Origin: Macrostomum hystrix
Lineage: Eukaryota; Animalia; Platyhelminthes
DNA length: 64,000 nucleotides
Assembly: GCA_950097015.1 (NCBI GenBank)
Contig: CATNEN010000038.1
Coordinates: 16,616,001-16,680,000 of the forward strand
Direction of reading: 5' to 3'
Below the pieces are notes generated by a model. That model ran no database searches. It saw nothing but the letters and a program-made list of their open reading frames with translations, and was not told the origin of the DNA. Shown piece after piece: positions 47,501 through 59,485 of this stretch. Within the stretch, counting starts at the first letter, position 1; each line of letters starts with the position of its first letter. The position numbers and the translations under genes are program-made.

Positions 47501-50500
47501 GATGAAGCTCATCTGGCTCACAATCGGCAGCTCTCATAGGCAGGGTGGAAACTGTGTTAGCGGCCTCACCTGCAGTTTGAATTGTGCAATATCGCTTCAT
47601 GAGTTTTTATAATTTACCTGAGCTTTGTTTTCGTATTATAAGAATTGGAATTGGTGCTTTTATAATTCCAGTTCAACAATTTTTCTCCTCTTAAATCACC
47701 TCGTGTAGATGAGCCCGCATTCTCCGTAGATTGGTTTCAGGGTCAATAAAAAGCAAATGTCAGGAAACTAGGCCGGCTGCACGAAAACGGCTGGACGAAT
47801 AGATGAAGGGCTTCTAGAGATGGCGTGCAGTCTTTGTTTCAAGGTTTTAAGCTAGCAAGGCTGTGTTTTTTGTTTGCTTTCACTCTTTCGCTTTTCTTGA
47901 GTTTAATTTTTTTTTTTTCTAGAAGAATAAGATTGCGAAAGATGTTGTCGACTTGAAGAAGGTCGGTGGCAGAGCGGTTAACACGTCTGCCTCTCGTGCC
48001 AGAGTCCCTAAGCTCGATTCCGTGGCGAGGCCACATTTATTTGGGGCGAAGCCGCGGAGAGAAGGCGTGGGGGCTTGTCGTGCAATTTACGTCCTTGAGA
48101 GCCAACCTCTAAGGCACAGTGAGAGTGTACACTGCCTGACGATGAGAAATTCTGGGCGGATGTACACACCTGTGTGAGCATATGCCTTCGTACGGTATCT
48201 GTGTGCGTGTGTGCTCAGGAGTCTGCGAAATGGGTAGAATTGCCTCCTCGCTGGCTGCGGGTCTAGTGTCACTAAATGATGTGCCATTGCCAGCAGCCCT
48301 CCTGCAATTATTACTATTATCATCTCGACCTTAAAGTAGAAAAATAGACAGTCAGCCCAACGAACAAAGAGCTCAACTCACCCCATTGAAAATTATCGCA
48401 ATCAGCTGGCGACAGTCGATAAGCCGGCGGATGCGGCTGCAATTCCTGCTGTTCCGGCTGCTGCTGCTGTCGAGCGCCAGCGCCCTTGCAGCGGCCGTTC
48501 TGCCGCTCATTGGGCCGCAACTGACCGGTGCAACAGAAGCTGCATCGCAGAAGGAATATTGCGCCAATGAGAACTACGGACACAACTAGAGTGACCACAA
48601 CCATGATCACAATGATGATCAGATTGCCTTCTGATGTTCTGTGTGAGCCCAGTCCATTGTTGCTAGGCGAGTGCTCCGATATGAAGACGCTCATCGATTT
48701 CACGCTGTAAAGCTGAAGCGGTGTGCCTCGATCGCAGGCGTTGAACACCAGATTGTGCAACAGATTGACGTCGCGGTTAAGTACAATCGGCCTGCCAAGC
48801 GTGAGATCTCCTGACGGACTGACCACAAACAGGTTGTCGTGCGGCTGCAGCGAGACCAGACTGTAGACCACTGTGCCGTTGTTTCCGTCGTCCGGGTCGG
48901 AGGCGTGCAGCTTGTAAACTGACTCGCCGACAGGCTTCTGCATGGAGATGTTCACCCGCAGCCCGGCTTCGCTGGGATAGACCCAATGCGGTGCGTTATC
49001 ATTCACGTCCAGCACCGAGATGGTCACTCTGACCGCATCGTTGCGACCTGCCTGATCGTCTGCCAGCACCTGCAGACTGTAGGTTCGTCTCTGTTCTCGG
49101 TCTAAATTTTTTGTGTTTGTGTAGACGAATCCCTCGGTAGACACGTCAAAAGCCAGATGGTGCAGTGGATTGCCTGGCTGCCGAACCAAGCGGTAGACAA
49201 TGGAGCGGTGTCGCTCCTCAGCGTCGCAGTCGGAGGCCGTCACCCTGCCAACCAGTGTCCGGTTGGGCATGTTCTCTTCCACCACGAACGAGTAGTGCCG
49301 CTGGCTGAACTCCGGAGTGCAGTCGTTGACGTCCTGGATCTCCACTATCACGGTTCCGGTGGCCGTGAGCTGCAGCTCAGTGTCGCCTGAGTCGCCCATG
49401 TCCTTGGCGTACACCGTGATATTCACTTGACTAGTCACTTCCCTGTCGAAGCGGAGCCTGGCGTAGATCGCTCCCGTGAGCTGGTCGATCTGGAATGCGT
49501 GCTCCGACTGTGGGTCCAGCGAATAGCGAATGGCCGCGTTCGTCCCCTCGTCGATGTCCTCCGCTTCCATGCGAATCACTGGCGTTGGTGGAGAAGCTTC
49601 GGTGTTCTCCCGCAGTCGAGCCACTAGCGGGCTCGTGCGAAACGACGGAGGATTGTCGTTCTCGTCCGTCACCCGAATTCTCATGTGCACTGAGGCCTCG
49701 CGGTTCGGGCTCCCGTTGTCGTGGCATGTTACAGCCGCTTGGTGGCTGGCCTCAAGTTCTCGATCAAAGCGCACATTGCTCACGATCTTAAACTGATGCC
49801 TGGCTGTCTCGTACAGCGGCAGCATTCCAAACAGACGCGATGGTTCTATGAAGCACGTCACAGCTTCCTGCATGGCCTTGTCGTCGGCGTCCTTAACGTC
49901 TACTGAGGCAATCAATGTGCCGACTGGCGCATTCTCTCGTATGAAAAGGTCCGAGGACGGCGCACCTGAGGATAGTGACTGCTGCTCTGGCAGAATGCTC
50001 TTAACCGTTATAGTTGGCGGATTATCATTTACGTTTATCAGGCGGACTTCAATTGTTGTCTCAACCAGATGCTTCCCATCAGACACTGTCACGGGGATGC
50101 TGTACTCCCGCCTAGCCTCGAAGTCGAGCGCTCGCGCTGCAAACAAGGAGCCGCTGCTAGGATCGACGCGAAAGTCGTCTAACACAGCCCTGCTGGCGGA
50201 CAGGCTGAAGCGATACCTCAGGTTGTTCGCGTCGGATGCGTCGCGATCTCCAGCTTTGACTCGGAAAATCTCTTTGTCCAACGGATAGTTCTCTGGGATG
50301 GTAACTGTACGCGACTCGTGTGTGAAGAAGGGCGGATTATCGTTGATGTCAGTGAGGCTTACATTGACAGTCACGGAGCCCGTAAGCGGCTGAGTTCCCC
50401 CGTCGATTGCGTGGATGACAATGGTGTGAGACGGGCGCATTTCGCGGTCCAAGTCGACAAGAACCTCCAGCCATAGTACGGCGGGCACGGCTGGGTCGGG

Positions 50501-51127
50501 ACTGAAGACTGGAGACACGCGAAACAGTTCAGTGCCGGTCACTAGCCGGTAGGTCTGAGTCGTATTGTCCGGCGCCTTATCCGGATCATCAGCGGAGGGC
50601 AGCCTGAACTTTGAGCCCACCGGCGTGTGCTCCGGGATCTCCAGCAGCAGGGAGGTTGAAATCCAGCGCGGCGCATTGTCATTCAGATCGATGACGTCCA
50701 GATCGACCTGCAGGATTTCCTGGAAAGCCGTGCCGCTCCGACCAGGATCGACCATGCCGACAGTCATGGGCAGTTTGCAGTCTGGGTTGATGCCTGGACA
50801 GCACGTTGCCGCCTCCTGGCAGAGGGACTCGCGGTCGATCTGGGCTCTGGCGAAGATCTCCCCCGTGCTCGGATTGACAGAAAAGTACTTTTCGCGCAGA
50901 TCGAGCGGCCGGAACTCGCACCGGTCCAGGCTGGCATCGCCGCGTCGGCCGCCCTGCAGCCGCAGGAGTTGCCGCAGGTCGGCGAGCTTGGACCCGCCCG
51001 ACTGCTCTTCGGCGAAGCCGTGGCGCAAGAAGATGCTCGTCTGAGCACGGACCACAGTCAACGACGCTGAGAGCAGCAGAAGCCAGTTGAGTGGAGGTGC
51101 AACTTCTCGTAGTCGTTGAAAACTCAT
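41531..51127 (-). CDS. Delta-type protocadherin with 7 cadherin repeats; exons 48382-51127, 47421-47569, 43527-43626, 41531-41931
   Basis: Signal peptide, EC repeats with PE/DRE/DxNDNxP motifs, Cys-rich EC1 (IDRESLC..CC..C) and a TM helix, all in one large exon. Three small cytoplasmic exons join with consistent phases (1,0,1), giving DSLDSGKG and a C-terminal SGSFV*. Confidence 0.93.
42465..42803 (-). mobile_element. SINE-B full length
   Basis: Reverse complement of the family consensus. Confidence 0.86.
43735..44053 (+). mobile_element. SINE-B, slightly 5'-truncated
   Basis: TAACGCGTTTGCC..GTTCGATTCC..body..(ATT)n. Confidence 0.86.
44604..45281. repeat. 19-bp minisatellite (GATCAGCCACACTCTCTGT)n
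   Basis: About 35 units. Confidence 0.97.
45288..45672. repeat. 16-bp hAT-type minisatellite ending in a TIR-like remnant
   Basis: (TGTCTCATCTCTCCCG)n followed by GGTTGCCGACCCTA at ~45658-45671. Confidence 0.85.
46640..47370 (-). mobile_element. Degenerate family C element interrupted by a SINE-A
   Basis: Reverse-complement matches to family C on both sides of the SINE (GAATCGTTGAATATCTTGATGA; AGCAGAAAA; CCTCTATGGCG; TIR-like GGAAAGAC..TATTTAAAATA). Confidence 0.6.
46826..47135 (-). mobile_element. SINE-A full length in a protocadherin intron
   Basis: Highly similar to 19069-19382 over its whole length, including the (ATT)n tail. Confidence 0.9.
47961..48320 (+). mobile_element. SINE-B full length (~360 bp)
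   Basis: A box TGGCAGAGCGG, B box GCTCGATTCC, body, ATT tail. Confidence 0.9.
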
Positions 51128-52399
51128 TGTCGCAGTTACTGAATTGAAACAGACCTGTCAAATGAAAACGATTGAAGTGATTAGAAATTGTCAATCGGCA
51201 TTTAGCGCCTGTTAGTGATGGTGATGAAAATTTTCTTACTTGCCTCTTACAACTTGAGTTTAGTACTGAAAATCAAATGAAAAACTTGTATCAGCAAAAG
51301 TTCAATTTCCACTGATTTAAATTGCCAGCATCCGCCAAGCCAAGGTCACATTTTTAGAGTAAAAGTGAACACAAGAATGGGGCTTAAGATTGCTTTCTTT
51401 TGTTGTCAATCTAGGATGAACTATTGTCGTCATAATGCCACTAAGCTGACTATTGTAGTATTAGGGGTATATTGAGCATTGCGAATCTAATGCACTTTAA
51501 TTTTTAGCACCTTCGCCTCTCGTCGATTTCGTGGTGCTCAATACTGATTGATAAGTAAAGCAGAGAAACCTCAATCATAGTAGGCCTCCCCAACTGAGGA
51601 TGAAAGCAACTGACAGAAATCATCCAAATTCCCACGCGCATGGGTCCCTCGGACACTGCTATTGGGACCATCGGGGGGTCACAAATCCACTCGCCTATCC
51701 CGCCCACCTTTGAGAGAGTGAAATCAAACTGACTCATTTGAGAACTCCTCTTTGGAACTTTCTTCATTTATATAAAGGTGAAATTAAACGACTGCTAAAA
51801 TTGAAAGTTCTAGAAAGGAAATTTTTCCATAGGCGTCAGTCACACAAGCTTCCAGAATCCTCAATATCCTACGGTAGGACAGCACATAGCAGACATTGTG
51901 TAGAATCTTTCTCGCTTTCTTTTTTTGAGGAATTGATGAGGCACGCTTGAGCCCCGCTAACAAAAGAGCCGGGCCATCTGCGCTTTCTGAGTTGTGCAGC
52001 AACTTGAAATGGGTAAGCTTCTTTCAGAAGAAAAACGCATTTTTGCAAATAAACGCAGGGCACTTCAAATGCTCGTGGGAACAAAAGTGGAAACTTGTAA
52101 GTTTCTCCCATTTTCACCCAGGTTATATGAGGTGACGTTTTTTAAAGCCGTTGTTTTGAACAACTTTAGTTATCAAATTTTGCATTGCGCTGAACACTTA
52201 AGTATGAAAAGCATGAGTCGCTTCATTCGGCTTGTTAGCACTGACATATCATTTGACGATAGTGCCTGAGCACACTCGGGCACAATGATACATACACTCA
52301 TACGTGGTGTGTACAGTCATCCTGGATTTTACTCCTCACCAAGCAGGAGGCGAGGGCTTGGCCCCTCACACCTCCGCGGCTGCGCCCCAAATGATTCTT

Positions 52400-53190
52400 G
52401 CTGATATTCAGTGATTCTTGTTGAAGACCCTCGTGTCAAGGACAACTAAAAATACTCTGTATTAACCTCTATGGTCTATGGCGAATCCATGTTAGTTCAA
52501 TAAAATGAAAGTTCACTATCTAGTAAATACAATATAATCACCAATTATAGCCGACATGGTTAAATATTAATAATAATTGCAGGGGCTGCAGGCAATGGCA
52601 CATCATTTAGTGACACTAGACCCGCAGCCAGCGAGGAGGCAATTCTGCCCATTTCGCTGACTCCTGAGCACACGCGCACACAGATACCGTACGCAGGCAC
52701 ACGCTCACACAGGTGTGTACATCCGCCCTGACCTTCTCATCGTCAGGCAGTGTACACTTCACTGTGCCTTAGAGGTTGGCCCACAAGGGCGTAAATTGCA
52801 CGACAAGCCCTCAAGCCTTCCCTCCGCGGCTGCGCCCCAAATGAATGTGGCCTCGCCGTGGAATCGAACCTAGGGACCGTGGTGCGAGAGGCAAACGCGT
52901 TAACCGCTCTGCCACCGACCCCCGCCGACAAGGTTATATGTTGAAATTTTGTGAGCAGAAAAATTTTCTATATTGGTGGTTTTGCCACAAGACACCCCGA
53001 CGAGAACCGTTGAATATCTGGACGACGCCGATGTTTTTGTGATTCTGGAGGTTGTTTCGTCGGATAGAGCGGAAAAGTTGAACCCGTATTCAGGATTTTC
53101 ATGGCAATTGTTTAAATATTTTTACAGCCATACAGAAAAAAAGAAAAAAACGTGGCTATTTTAATGCTCCCGTAGTCCTTCTTCAGTTAA
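52400..53190 (-). mobile_element. Family C element interrupted by a SINE-B
   Basis: TTTTGTGAGCAGAAAA..ACCCCGACGAGAACCGTTGAATATCTGGACGACGCCGATG..GGATTTTCATGGC; ends TAGTCCTTCTTCAG-TTAA at ~53190. Confidence 0.72.
52569..52923 (-). mobile_element. SINE-B full length with degenerate target-site duplication
   Basis: Flanked by GCCGACATGGTTAAATATT (52550-52568) and GCCGACAAGGTTATATGTT (52924-52942). Confidence 0.9.
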
Positions 53191-54028
53191 CCGCTCTGCC
53201 ACTCAGCCCCGTGTCGTAATATTCAAGAGTCAGGTATGAAACCTCACACTGTCATCCACGAGTAAACAGACAATAGGTTCTCAGGAGTGATGACTGCCGA
53301 AAACTGATTTAACTTCCGGACATTTCTACATCTAAATGCCGTCAATATAGTTAGAGCACTGTCAAATTAGCCTTATTCATTTCAATGTGGCGAAAAAATG
53401 CTTTAAGAAGCGAAACGTCTTGCTTAGTTAGGAAGATCCGATTGCGTCACAGGCCCCACCTCCTCTGCAGCTGACAGAATATGGCTCCGGGGAGAGCTCA
53501 CAGCAATGCCCAATTTCTCTCCTATCAAAGCATTTCATTTGCAAGTGGGCTCAATATATAGTCATTGAGTCATTGTGACTGACAGAATAAGAAGACATCT
53601 GCTAGAAGGTTTGAGATTAGTCAGTCTCTGGGCCAACATCATTTCCTGCCTCTGAAAGCACCCAGACTAGCATGAGAAACTATGAGAATGACAACTTTGT
53701 TTCTATACAATGACATCAGACAGGCTGAAGATCTGAAGATAGAGTGGTGTCAAAATACACTTGGATTCTAGGACTGGGGTTACCGCGTCATTGCTGATCT
53801 TATCACTCCGCATGCCTGAGCCTATGCGACACTATAACAAAACAACAAGCACTAAACAAGTGGCCCCTTCACAGAAGGCTTCTCAAATTATATTAGCTCG
53901 TATTCTTAATAAATAGATTGTCTTGTCTTGATATTTAAGTTTCGGTGTCATAACACAGCTATAGTAAAACTGTATTCTCAACAGCTGGCAAAAATTGTAT
54001 GCCCAACATTTGCTAAAATTTCATTTCT

Positions 54029-54450
54029 TTGCCTCACCTGTCATCCCATTAGCTCACCTGTGATCCCATTGCCTCACCTGTCATCCCATTGCCTCGCCTG
54101 TCATCCCATTGCCTCACCTGTCATCCCATTAGCTCACCTGTGATCCCATTGCCTCGCCTGTCATCCCATTGCCTCACCTGTTATACCATTCCTCACCTGT
54201 CTTCCCATTCCTCACCTGTCATCCAATTATGTCACCTTTCTTCCCATCGCCTCACCTGTCAACTCATTGCTTCACCTGTCATCCAACTGCCTCACCTGTC
54301 AACTCATTGCTTCACCTGTCATCCAACTGCCTCACCTGTCATCCCATTGCCTCGCCTGTCAACCCATCGCTTCACATGTCACCCCATTGCCTCACCTGTC
54401 ATCCCACTGCCTCACCTGTCATCCCACTGCCTCACCTGTCATCCCATCAC
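54029..54450. repeat. 20-bp minisatellite (CCTCACCTGTCATCCCATTG)n
   Basis: Direct tandem units. Confidence 0.93.
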
Positions 54451-55324
54451 TAACCGTCTTCAATCTCGTCAGCGTTTACAAAGTTTCAGACCAGACTCAG
54501 TTTGTTTAGTTGACTCAGTTTCATAATTTATTTTAGTAAAGTACGAGCTAAAATGTAATCTAAACGAAAAGCAATATGATCTTGCTTGCATTCTTCAGAG
54601 GTTAAGGTGAAGTGTGAAATCCCATTTCCCATTTTCCTCTGAGTTTGGCAGCAAACAATACCTGCTTTAACACTGCTAAAACACAGACTTTATAACACTA
54701 TTGGAACATTCAAGATCATAGGGGCTTCCATGGTGAAAAGCAAAGTAGCTTCAAAGTTAAAGAGAGACAATGAAAGAAGCCTTTGTGCAGAAGAAGTGTT
54801 CACAGTGATTAGACTATTATGTAATCAGTTTGTCTAACTTTGTCTTCTAGCGAGAATTTGAGGTCTTAGCTCATCGGTTTAGCTTTCACAATTCACTACA
54901 CCGTAGAGCCAAAAAATGGCGAGAAAATTGTTTATTACTTTTTTCACCTAGAAATTTGGGGATTAGCTTTGGTGCTTTTCCTGATTGAAAAACCCGGGCC
55001 GCCACAACGATCAATTGTTACCAATAGGGATCCGACAGACCCCGGTTCTCACAAATAATTTGGCAATAAAACTGAAATCCATATCTTGCTCCATTCATTT
55101 TAGTTTGGTAAGCAGCATGTTCGTATTCGGGCCAATTCATTCGTGAGAAACAACAATGAGAATAGCTATAAATCGTGTCGAGAACAATGGGGTAACAATA
55201 TTTTATTTGCGCGCACTTTGATAAGCGGAACTTAGCGCTAAACTTGTCACCTCTGTCACCTCATTGTCTGCCGGGCAGTCTAAAATTAATGGCAATATTG
55301 GACTTTTAAACACATTTTATATAC

Positions 55325-56222
55325 CTGACACTACAAAAGCCTCCTCCTGACACTACACTGCCTCCTCCTGACACTGCACTGCCTCCTCCTGACACTACAC
55401 TGCCTCCTCCTGACACTACACTGCCTCCTCCTGACACTACACTGCCTCCTCCTGACACTACACTGCCTCCTCCTGACACTGCACTGCCTCCTCCTGACAC
55501 TACAAAGGCCTCCTCCTGACACTACAACAGCCTCCTCCTGACACTACAAATGCCTCCTCCTGACACTACACTGCCTCCTCCTGACACTACAAATGCCTAC
55601 TCCTGACACTACACTGCCCCCTCCTGACACTACAAATGCCTCCTCCTGACACTGCACTGCCTCCTGACACTACAAATGCCTCCTCCTGATACTGCACTGC
55701 CTCTTCCTGACACTACAACAGCCTCCTCCTGACACTGCACTGCCAACTCTTGGCACTACAACAGCCTCCTCCTGACACTGCACTGCCTCCTGACACTACA
55801 AATGCCTCCTCCTGATACTGCACTGCCTCTTCCTGACACTACAACAGCCTCCTCCTGACACTGCACTGCCAACTCCTGGCACTACAACAGCCTCCTCCTG
55901 ACACTACAACAGCCTCCTCCTGACACTACAAATGCTTCCTCCTGACACTACAACAGCCTCCTCCTGACACTGCACCGCCAACTCCTGACACTACAACAGC
56001 CAACTCCTGACACTACAAATGCCTCCTCCTGACACTACAAATGCCTCCTCCTGACACTAAAAATGCCTCCTCCTGACACTACAATGCCTCCTCCTGACAC
56101 TACAACTGCTTCCTCCTGACACTGCACTGCCTTCTCCTGACAATACAACAGCCTCCTCCTGACACTGCACTGCCTCCTCCTGACACTACAACTGCTTTCT
56201 CCTGACACTGCACTGCCTCCTC
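55325..56222. repeat. 21-22-bp minisatellite (GCCTCCTCCTGACACTACACT)n
   Basis: Direct tandem units. Confidence 0.95.
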
Positions 56223-56659
56223 CCGCCTTGTCACTTTTGTCCAGGTGGTCGTTGTCATCGGCCCGCGTAACTTTATGACACAGGCTTCACCGTGACTTGG
56301 CATTCAGATCTCCCTCCTACACAAAAAATTCCTTATCTTATCTCCGTTTTCTAAAGGTGACTTTCAAAGATGATCAGAGACTGGAAGTCTGGCACAGCTG
56401 TAGCCACTTGAAACCCACGCGACCTTGCACCACCATGGGTCACCGGTCGAACAAACTTTTAAATGCTTTGGAATGCTCGATGTGCTGCTTAACAGACAAG
56501 ATAAAAGATGACCAGAAAACTGAACCCATAACGCCATTACTGCATCGTCCGCGCATTCTTGGACACAATTTAAATCAGCTTTAGTTGTGAAACTATGCAC
56601 AGTTCATGATGACGTCATGCAACGATTTGCGGATTTACTGATTGCTGCCTCTCCACTTC

Positions 56660-56972
56660 TGTTTGTCTACTTAGTCTACTTCTCACTGTCTATTTAATTT
56701 ACTTCTCATTGTCTACTTAATCTACTTCTCTTCGTTTATTTAGTATCCTTCTTAGTATCGACTTAGTCTACTTCTCACTGTCTATTTAATATAATTCTCA
56801 CTATCTACTAAATACACTTCTCATTGTCTACTTAATCTACTTCTCATTGTCTACTCAATCTACTTCTCTTCGTTTACCTAGTATCCTTGTCACTATCTAC
56901 TTGATCTACTTCTCATAGTCTACTTGTCTACTAATATACATTTCACTATCTATTGATCTACCTCTTCCTATC
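56660..56972. repeat. Degenerate ~23-bp repeat (CTACTTCTCATTGTCTACTTAAT)n
   Basis: Recurrent TCTACTT motif. Confidence 0.8.
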
Positions 56973-57306
56973 TGTTAGTTAAGAAGTAGTAAAAACGATG
57001 CAAATTTATAGCCTAGGCAATATTTTTGCTTTTGCATAACAATTTTCTAATAGAATTGATTGCGAATATTTTTCCAGACGGGCATTTATTCTATCAAGTG
57101 TCAAATTTTTGTGCGTGAAATTAAATTAGAGGCAATCGAATGGCAAGCCTAATGAGATTGAAATAAAAGTATGTCAATATGCCAGACACTTTAATTATAA
57201 TGCAGCTCATAATAGCTCAAACTGCAGCATTTTAACCAATTATTTCGACTTTTTTTTCAAGCAGACCAACGTTACTATACTCGTAGATTGGATTAGGCAG
57301 AAAATT

Positions 57307-59025
57307 ATTCTCTTATTTTCCAAATTCTCATTCTCATTCTCAAACTCATTCTCATTCTTATTCTCATTCTCAAGCTCATTCTCATTCATATTCTCATTCT
57401 CAAACTCATTCTCATTCATATTCTCATTCTCAAACTCATTCTCAAACTCATTCTCATTCATATTCTCATTCTCAAACTCATTCTCATTCTTATTCTCATT
57501 CTCAAACTCATTCTCATTCTTATTCTCATTCTCAAACTCATTCTCATTCATATTCTCATTCTTAAACTCATTCTCATTCTTATTCTCATTCTCAAACTCA
57601 TTCTCATTCTTATTCTCATTCTCGAACTCATTCTCATTCTTATTCTCATTCTCAAACTCATTCTCATTCTTATTCTCATTCTCGAACTCATTCTCATTCT
57701 TATTCTCATTCTCGAACTCATTCTCATTCTTATTCTCATTCTCAAACTCATTCTCATTCTTATTCTCATTCTCAAACTCATTCTCATTCTTATTCTCATT
57801 CTCAAACTCATTCTCATTCATATTCTCATTCTTAAACTCATTCTCATTCTTATTCTCATTCTCAAACTCATTCTCATTCTTATTCTCATTCTTATTCTCA
57901 TTCTCATTCTTATTCTCATTCTCGAACTCATTCTCATTCTTATTCTCATTCTCGAACTCATTCTCATTCTTATTCTCATTCTCAAACTCATTCTCATTCT
58001 TATTCTCATTCTCAAACTCATTCTCATTCTTATTCTCATTCTCATTCTCATTCTCATTCATATTCTCATTCTCAAACTCATTCTCATTCATATTCTCATT
58101 CTCAAACTCATTCTCATTCATATTCTCATTCTCAAACTCATTCTCATTCTTATTCTCATTCTCAAACTCATTCTCATTCATATTCTCATTCTCAAACTCA
58201 TTCTCATTCATATTCTCATTCTCAAACTCATTCTCAAACTCATTCTCATTCATATTCTCATTCTCAAACTCATTCTCATTCATATTCTCATTCTCAAACT
58301 CATTCTCATTCTTATTCTCATTCTCAAACTCATTCTCATTCTTATTCTCATTCTCAAACTCATTCTCATTCTTATTCTCATTCTCAAACTCATTCTCATT
58401 CTTATTCTCATTCTCAAACTCATTCTCATTCTTATTCTCATTCTCAAACTCATACTCATTCTTATTCTCATTCTCAAACTCATTCTCATTCTTATTCTCA
58501 TTCTTAAACTCATTCTCATTCTTATTCTCATTCTCAAACTCATTCTCAAACTCATTCTCAATCTAATTCTCATTCTCATTCTCATTCTTATTCTCATTCT
58601 CAAACTCATTCTCAAACTCATTCTCAATCTAATTCTCATTCTCATTCTCATTCTTAATCTTATTCTCATTCATATTCTCATTCTCAAACTCATTCTCAAA
58701 CTCATTCTCAATCTTATTCTCATTCTCATTCTCATTCTTAATCTTATTCTCATTCATATTCTCATTCGCATTCTAATTCTCATTCTCATTCTCATTCTCA
58801 ATCTTATTCTCATTCATATTCTCATTCGCATTCTAATTCTTATTCTCAAACTTTATTCTCAATCTTATTCTAATTCTCAATTCTCAAACTTATTCTCATT
58901 CTAATTCTCATTCTCATTCTCATTCTCATTCTAATTCTCATTCTCATTCTCATTCTCATTCTAATTCTCAAACTCATTCTCAATCTTATTCTCATTCTCA
59001 TTCTCATTCTCATTTTCATTCTTAT
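57307..59025. repeat. (TTCTCA)n hexamer satellite with 30-bp higher-order unit TTCTCATTCTTATTCTCATTCTCAAACTCA
   Basis: 1.7 kb array, almost G-free on the plus strand. Confidence 0.97.
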
Positions 59026-59485
59026 ACTAGTTTTTATTATCATTATTATCCTTACATATACTAAATCTAAATTCTATCCTCATTTTTTCATGTGCCAGAT
59101 GTGTCTGCTAAAACTGTTTTTCCCTACAACAAAAAGATCAGGCTACGCACTACATGCTGCTCTGCCGCTGAACGGGTGCTGAGCAGATCTGGAAATCTGA
59201 GAACAGTCACTCGCTCACACAAGAGCTGGGATCTGGGATGGTGGGCTTTGGGGGGCTTGGGAGGTTGTAAGAAAATTTTCATCCGCATCACGCGATCAAT
59301 GATGCCAAAGGAAGGGAATGAAATCCCAGAGCTATTTGTCGAATTCCCATAGATGACTGACAGCTGTGTCCAATGATCCGCCGTTCTTTTAATGACGGCT
59401 GAAGTTCTTTGACTTTTCTTTCTTTATCTCAATATTTCATTCACTGCAACTTCCGTCTGGGAGCTTTGGGACTCTCACACCGATG

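Noticed and set aside
49157-51194. Overlapping/antisense ORFs across the protocadherin and other CDSs
   Set aside because: Expected shadow ORFs of GC-rich coding sequence; no motifs.
51504-52269. Cluster of short ORFs on both strands (also 56297-56600 and 61622-61837)
   Set aside because: No recognisable domain or consistent splice model; left unannotated.
57240-58669. ENEN/MRMRI repeat ORFs
   Set aside because: Hexamer satellite open in several frames; no unique coding context.
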